Positions 24,963-28,456 of a stretch of 28,456 nucleotides of DNA are shown piece by piece; position 1 is the first letter of the stretch; each line of letters opens with the position of its first letter. The notes beneath the pieces were generated by a model that saw only the letters and a program-made list of their open reading frames with translations, had not been told where the DNA came from and searched no databases. Source of the stretch: a virus. Its lineage: Duplodnaviria > Caudoviricetes. Made by a program: the position numbers and the translations under genes. The stretch lies in the IMG/VR virus record IMGVR_UViG_3300032247_001161, positions 1 through 28,456 of that record; one strand, written 5' to 3'.

Positions 24963-26449
24963 CCTAAGCCTGCAAGGGGTGTTCCGCGTGGATTCAACTT
25001 TACCGGAGGTTGGGTGATACGTGGGTGTCGCGCCGCAATGTTCATGACGTTGTCGATGAAAGCGTGGACACCTGGATAATCACGTTTGAGCCTTTTACCT
25101 GCTGTGACGTAGGCCACGAAATACTCCGCGAAGGCTTCGTCGTCGTGGGTTCTCCCGTATTCAGTCATGCCACGAGACCATTCTGCACTGATCTGGGTAG
25201 GAGGTTTTGCGTATCCGGTTTTGTGATGGACGCTATGACCCAGCTCGTGGATAAACGTCGTAACGTCCTTAGCAGTTAAATTCGGTGAGTTTGACATGTT
25301 CTGAGTCCGTTCCCAAACTCGCTCGAGCTCTTTAGCTGAAATGACACTTGTCGGTAACTTGTCTATTTGGTGTTGTCTCTCAATCGCATCCATCGTTCTT
25401 TGAGTAGAGTTGGCGACTTCTTTCATAACTTTAGGGTTTATTTTACCCCTGAATCCTTGACGTCTTATCCAGATTTCCTGGTCATAGCCGTCGAAGTAGC
25501 AACCTGTGATATTTAGACTTCTCTCATTTATGAGCGTGTCGCTAAAGCTGATACGCTGACGTCCAATATTGCGCCTTGCACGTGCGGTCAGCCGCTCCAG
25601 TGCTCTGGCGTCCATGCCGACACTATGACGTGTAATGTACCGGCTAACCTTGTTTATGGCTTGATGATCTACTCTATCATCCGCGATGAGCGTACGCACT
25701 AAACCGGCCATCTCTGATGACGAATGAGATTGCGCTGCGGTGCTGATCTGATATGCGTGGGCAGCTGCAAACGATTTCTGGTCAAACGGTGTATCGGGGC
25801 TAACAATAGACTTTACAATAGCTCTATTTACATTGCGACTATTTGGACCTGAGGTATTGACAATGCCTGCGTAGGTTGTGCGGGAGGTCTTGTTGTGATG
25901 GATTCCGGCACCGAGGTCGCTGGACTGAGCTTCCGGTTCGCGGCGTGATAGTGCATAAGCACCTCCAGCAATAGCTCCAGCGACAAGAGCGATTTTAGCT
26001 GCAGTTAGGCCTGCGTTGTTAGTGGTAGTTCCCGCACCCTTGCCGCATTTGTAGCCTTTGGCGATGTGTGAAGCCCCGCAGGGCTTGCCTTTGGCGCCCT
26101 CGGGGGAATCCTGGCGTAGCCGGGGTTTGCCTCCGGCGCCGTTGCGGGCGCGGTTGGTGGAGGGGGCTTCAAGGGTTGTGCCCCCCGAGGACGTGTGAGA
26201 GATGTCGGGGCCGCCTTTGCCGTAGATGCCGCGGCGGCGGCGCTCACGGTTCAGCGCGACACGCCGATCGACTTCGTCGGGCTGGCGGTTGATGGCCGCC
26301 TGGTGGCGCACCTTGCGGCGGCGGGCCTTGGGGTGGGTGCGGTAATAGGCGGTGGAGTCGCCCTCGGGGGCGTCGGTCGTTACCAGGCCGAGGACTTTCC
26401 CGGCGTGAGCGCGGTGTCGCGGCGGCTGGTTTTGCCCGAGCACTTCCAC
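24959..26449 (-). CDS. Modular protein (HNH-like unit, Cys header, HExxH zincin metallopeptidase), probably translated by -1 frameshift from the upstream gene
   Basis: HELGH at 25235-25249 plus TEYGRTHDDEAFAE; PCGASHIAKGYKC header. The annotated GTG start lies inside the upstream ORF with no visible RBS. Confidence 0.75.
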   Translation of the reverse strand: MEVLGQNQPPRHRAHAGKVLGLVTTDAPEGDSTAYYRTHPKARRRKVRHQAAINRQPDEVDRRVALNRERRRRGIYGKGGPDISHTSSGGTTLEAPSTNRARNGAGGKPRLRQDSPEGAKGKPCGASHIAKGYKCGKGAGTTTNNAGLTAAKIALVAGAIAGGAYALSRREPEAQSSDLGAGIHHNKTSRTTYAGIVNTSGPNSRNVNRAIVKSIVSPDTPFDQKSFAAAHAYQISTAAQSHSSSEMAGLVRTLIADDRVDHQAINKVSRYITRHSVGMDARALERLTARARRNIGRQRISFSDTLINERSLNITGCYFDGYDQEIWIRRQGFRGKINPKVMKEVANSTQRTMDAIERQHQIDKLPTSVISAKELERVWERTQNMSNSPNLTAKDVTTFIHELGHSVHHKTGYAKPPTQISAEWSRGMTEYGRTHDDEAFAEYFVAYVTAGKRLKRDYPGVHAFIDNVMNIAARHPRITQPPVKLNPRGTPLAGLG

Positions 26450-28065
26450 TTGGCGCGGGAGAGGCAGAGGGGGGTGTTGCGCTCGGCGCCGGAGCAGTCG
26501 TAGCCCTCGGATTTCATGTCACCGAAGGAGCGGGCGCAGTAGTTGTTGCCCTTGGAGGTGCCGGGGGCGATGGTGTAACCCTTGGCGCCGTAGCGGACAC
26601 GGTTCTTGCGGCCGGTCTTGGGGTTGGTGACGACCTTGGTGTACTTCTTGCCGTCCTCGGCATCACCCTTGAAACCGCGGGCCTTGCGGCGGCGGGGCTG
26701 GCCGGTGCGGGGGTCGACGCTGACGCGCTCGGGGGTCAGAGGCTGAGTGGGGGCAAAGGGAATCTGGACTGGGGAGGCCCCTCCGGTGAGCGTTTTGGGG
26801 GCCTGGGCCGCGGGCTTGGGGTTGCGGCGGTAGCCGGGCTCGTAGCGGCGGCGGGCGGCCTCGGTGCGGAGGCGCAGCTCGCGCAGGGTGGTCTTGGTGG
26901 CCATGCCTGCAGCTTCGCCGGTGGCGGCCATGGTGTTGCCGATCTGGGCGATACGGCGCACTTCCTCCTTGGCGGTTTGGCCGATTCGGCCCTCGGCCGC
27001 CTTCATCGCAGCTGCGGTGTTCTCCCGCATGCGCTGGGTCTTCGACTTGGGCGGAGTACCCGGTCGCAGAAGTCCGTGGGGTTTGAAGCCTGGTAGACCG
27101 GCAGGAGTGATGTTGGGACTCCCCTTGAGCTGTAGGGTTCCGCCTTGGCCACCTGAAGGTGTCTGACGACTCAGTGTGAATGCAGCGATTCCACCGGCTG
27201 TCAGGGCCGATCCGATGACGGCTGCAGTAGGCCAGGAGCCTCCCTTGCGGCACTTGGCTCCATCAGGGATGCCGGAGGCACCGCATTTCTTGTCGAACCG
27301 GGGTGAGCGTTTGTTGGACATGACACGACTGACGAGGTTTGAGATGTTCTGCTGCTTGACAGCACGTTGCCTGTAGCCCTTTGACGCAGCTGCTGAAAAG
27401 AGAGCTTTAGTAAGAGCAGCTGTCATGGGAGATACATCTTTTGTCTGCGTAGAAATTGGCAGATCGTTTACGATTGCACGAGCTGCAGTTTCACAATTCG
27501 TCTCGAACCCCGTCCAATCAAATGTTTTGCCGTTGAGCTTCTTTACAATCGTGAGTAACTCTTCGCGTGTAGGCTTTTTGCTGGTGTCGCCATCGGCCCT
27601 TGAAGCCGGCGCATACGACGTACCGTTGCCGTGCGCTTTTTCGATTGTTCGAACACTTAAAACTGAGGCAGTGGACCCTCTACGCTTTTTGACAGACGTA
27701 TCGAATACTTTGTGGACGCCGTCTATCTTGCCTAAGTAGACAGCGTAATGAGCTCGCTGAGCTCCCATGAACTCTGCAGTTTGGTAGATGAGATCACCAG
27801 GCTGGAAGCTGTCGTATAGGCCCTCTGGTGGAGTTTTGGGCGGGACGCGGTCGGCAGGTACACCGCTGGTGAAGATGTCTTTGGCCAGGACACCTAATAC
27901 TGCTCCTGTAGTGGCTACACCAGCTATAGTGAGTAGCCTTGCTGTATCTACATTGCCACCTATCGGTGCAGCTGCAGTGGTCTGCTTCGTACATTTACGG
28001 CCGTCAGGAATACCTGACGCTCCACACTTCTTGTCTGACCTCAGCGAAGTGGGAGTCAGGGTCAT
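26380..28065 (-). CDS. Modular protein: two Cys-header units, an LRAT/permuted NlpC-P60 domain and a DUF6321-like C-terminal domain
   Basis: 561 aa; DKKCGASGIPDGxKC occurs twice; PGDLI...HYAVYLG...NCE; KKY...RYGAKGY...NYCARS...RAKWKC. Confidence 0.78.
   Translation of the reverse strand: MTLTPTSLRSDKKCGASGIPDGRKCTKQTTAAAPIGGNVDTARLLTIAGVATTGAVLGVLAKDIFTSGVPADRVPPKTPPEGLYDSFQPGDLIYQTAEFMGAQRAHYAVYLGKIDGVHKVFDTSVKKRRGSTASVLSVRTIEKAHGNGTSYAPASRADGDTSKKPTREELLTIVKKLNGKTFDWTGFETNCETAARAIVNDLPISTQTKDVSPMTAALTKALFSAAASKGYRQRAVKQQNISNLVSRVMSNKRSPRFDKKCGASGIPDGAKCRKGGSWPTAAVIGSALTAGGIAAFTLSRQTPSGGQGGTLQLKGSPNITPAGLPGFKPHGLLRPGTPPKSKTQRMRENTAAAMKAAEGRIGQTAKEEVRRIAQIGNTMAATGEAAGMATKTTLRELRLRTEAARRRYEPGYRRNPKPAAQAPKTLTGGASPVQIPFAPTQPLTPERVSVDPRTGQPRRRKARGFKGDAEDGKKYTKVVTNPKTGRKNRVRYGAKGYTIAPGTSKGNNYCARSFGDMKSEGYDCSGAERNTPLCLSRAKWKCSGKTSRRDTALTPGKSSAW
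26395..26401 (-). other. Candidate -1 frameshift slippery site G GGA AAG
   Basis: In-frame CCG GGA AAG lies four codons before TAA, and the -1 frame is ORF 24959-26449. The heptamer is identical to the lambda G-T site. Confidence 0.75.
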
Positions 28066-28403
28066 GGGTTAAAGCCAGTGGCCCAAACTGAATCTCCACG
28101 CTGCTCCCGTTTACCAACAATTTGGCTGATGGCCATTAGCTCTTTGTACTCTTGCTGTTTCGTCGCCCACTGATGAAACTTGTTGAAGTCTTGGTGGACG
28201 TTATCTCGACCTCCATATTTCACGTAAAGATCGTTGACTAGCATGTCTTTGTGACGCATAAGCACGTCAGTTGGCACCTTGTCAAGGCCTTGGGTCACCC
28301 CTGAGGATGTTTGGGACGTCTGCGTGTGGCATTTCTTGCCATTTGCAATTCCGCTTTTACCACATTTGATATCAAAGCGGAGGGGCAGAGTTGGATACGT
28401 CAT
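28062..28403 (-). CDS. Small Cys-header protein (113 aa)
   Basis: MTYPTLPLRFDIKCGKSGIANGKKC...RGDSVWATGFNP; overlaps with both neighbours (TAATG, ATGA). Confidence 0.75.
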   Translation of the reverse strand: MTYPTLPLRFDIKCGKSGIANGKKCHTQTSQTSSGVTQGLDKVPTDVLMRHKDMLVNDLYVKYGGRDNVHQDFNKFHQWATKQQEYKELMAISQIVGKREQRGDSVWATGFNP

Positions 28404-28436
28404 TACAGGTCGTAGAGCGTGGGGTCGAAGCCGGCA
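28403..28436 (-). CDS. 3' end of an upstream gene (partial)
   Basis: Reads ...AGFDPTLYDL*, with the TAA overlapping the next ATG. Sequence beyond is a homopolymer run. Confidence 0.4.
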
Positions 28437-28456
28437 GGGGGGGGGGGGGGGGGTGA

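Larger units (their letters stand above)
26045..28379 (-). repeat. Dispersed repeat of a Cys-pair header motif (4 copies)
   Basis: 28329-28379 RFDIKCGKSGIANGKKC; 27991-28041 RSDKKCGASGIPDGRKC; 27250-27300 RFDKKCGASGIPDGAKC; 26045-26116 RQD...PCGASHIAKGYKC. Confidence 0.9.

Noticed and set aside
28437-28453. 17-G homopolymer as a phase-variation tract or G-quadruplex
   Set aside because: It lies at the extreme end of the sequence, where poly-G is a common sequencing or assembly artefact. It cannot be supported without reads.
1-28456. tRNA/rRNA genes, integrase, lysis genes, terminase or portal, alternative genetic code
   Set aside because: None were recognised. Genes tile the window under the standard code, and the packaging genes probably lie beyond the right edge.

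Overview
This window is the morphogenesis (late) region of a long-tailed dsDNA phage or prophage, almost entirely on the minus strand and read right to left. The order is: modular head-associated accessory genes, an antisense XRE-HTH gene, a DUF2213-type prohead protease/scaffold, a decoration protein, a DUF2184-type major capsid protein, head-tail joining genes, a major tail protein with an Ig-like domain, tail assembly chaperones with a -1 frameshift, a 1986-aa tape measure protein, lambda L/K/J-like tail-tip genes, distal tail proteins with discoidin and LamG domains, and the start of a tail fibre. A picocyanobacterial host is my inference from gene style only. The most interesting part is 24771-28456. 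Proteins there are built from a repeated header (RxD, then CGxSxIxxGxKC, then usually a Gly/Ala-rich hydrophobic helix) placed in front of different enzyme-like domains: an LRAT/permuted NlpC-P60 domain and a HExxH zincin, with DUF6321-like and HNH-like units between them. Two of these ORFs are joined by a second, lambda-identical G GGA AAG -1 slippery site, giving a ~1035-aa polyprotein. The RxD motif recurs in the protease/scaffold and at the capsid N-terminus, which suggests a capsid-packaged, protease-processed effector cargo system. All family assignments come from motif recognition by eye; no searches were run.
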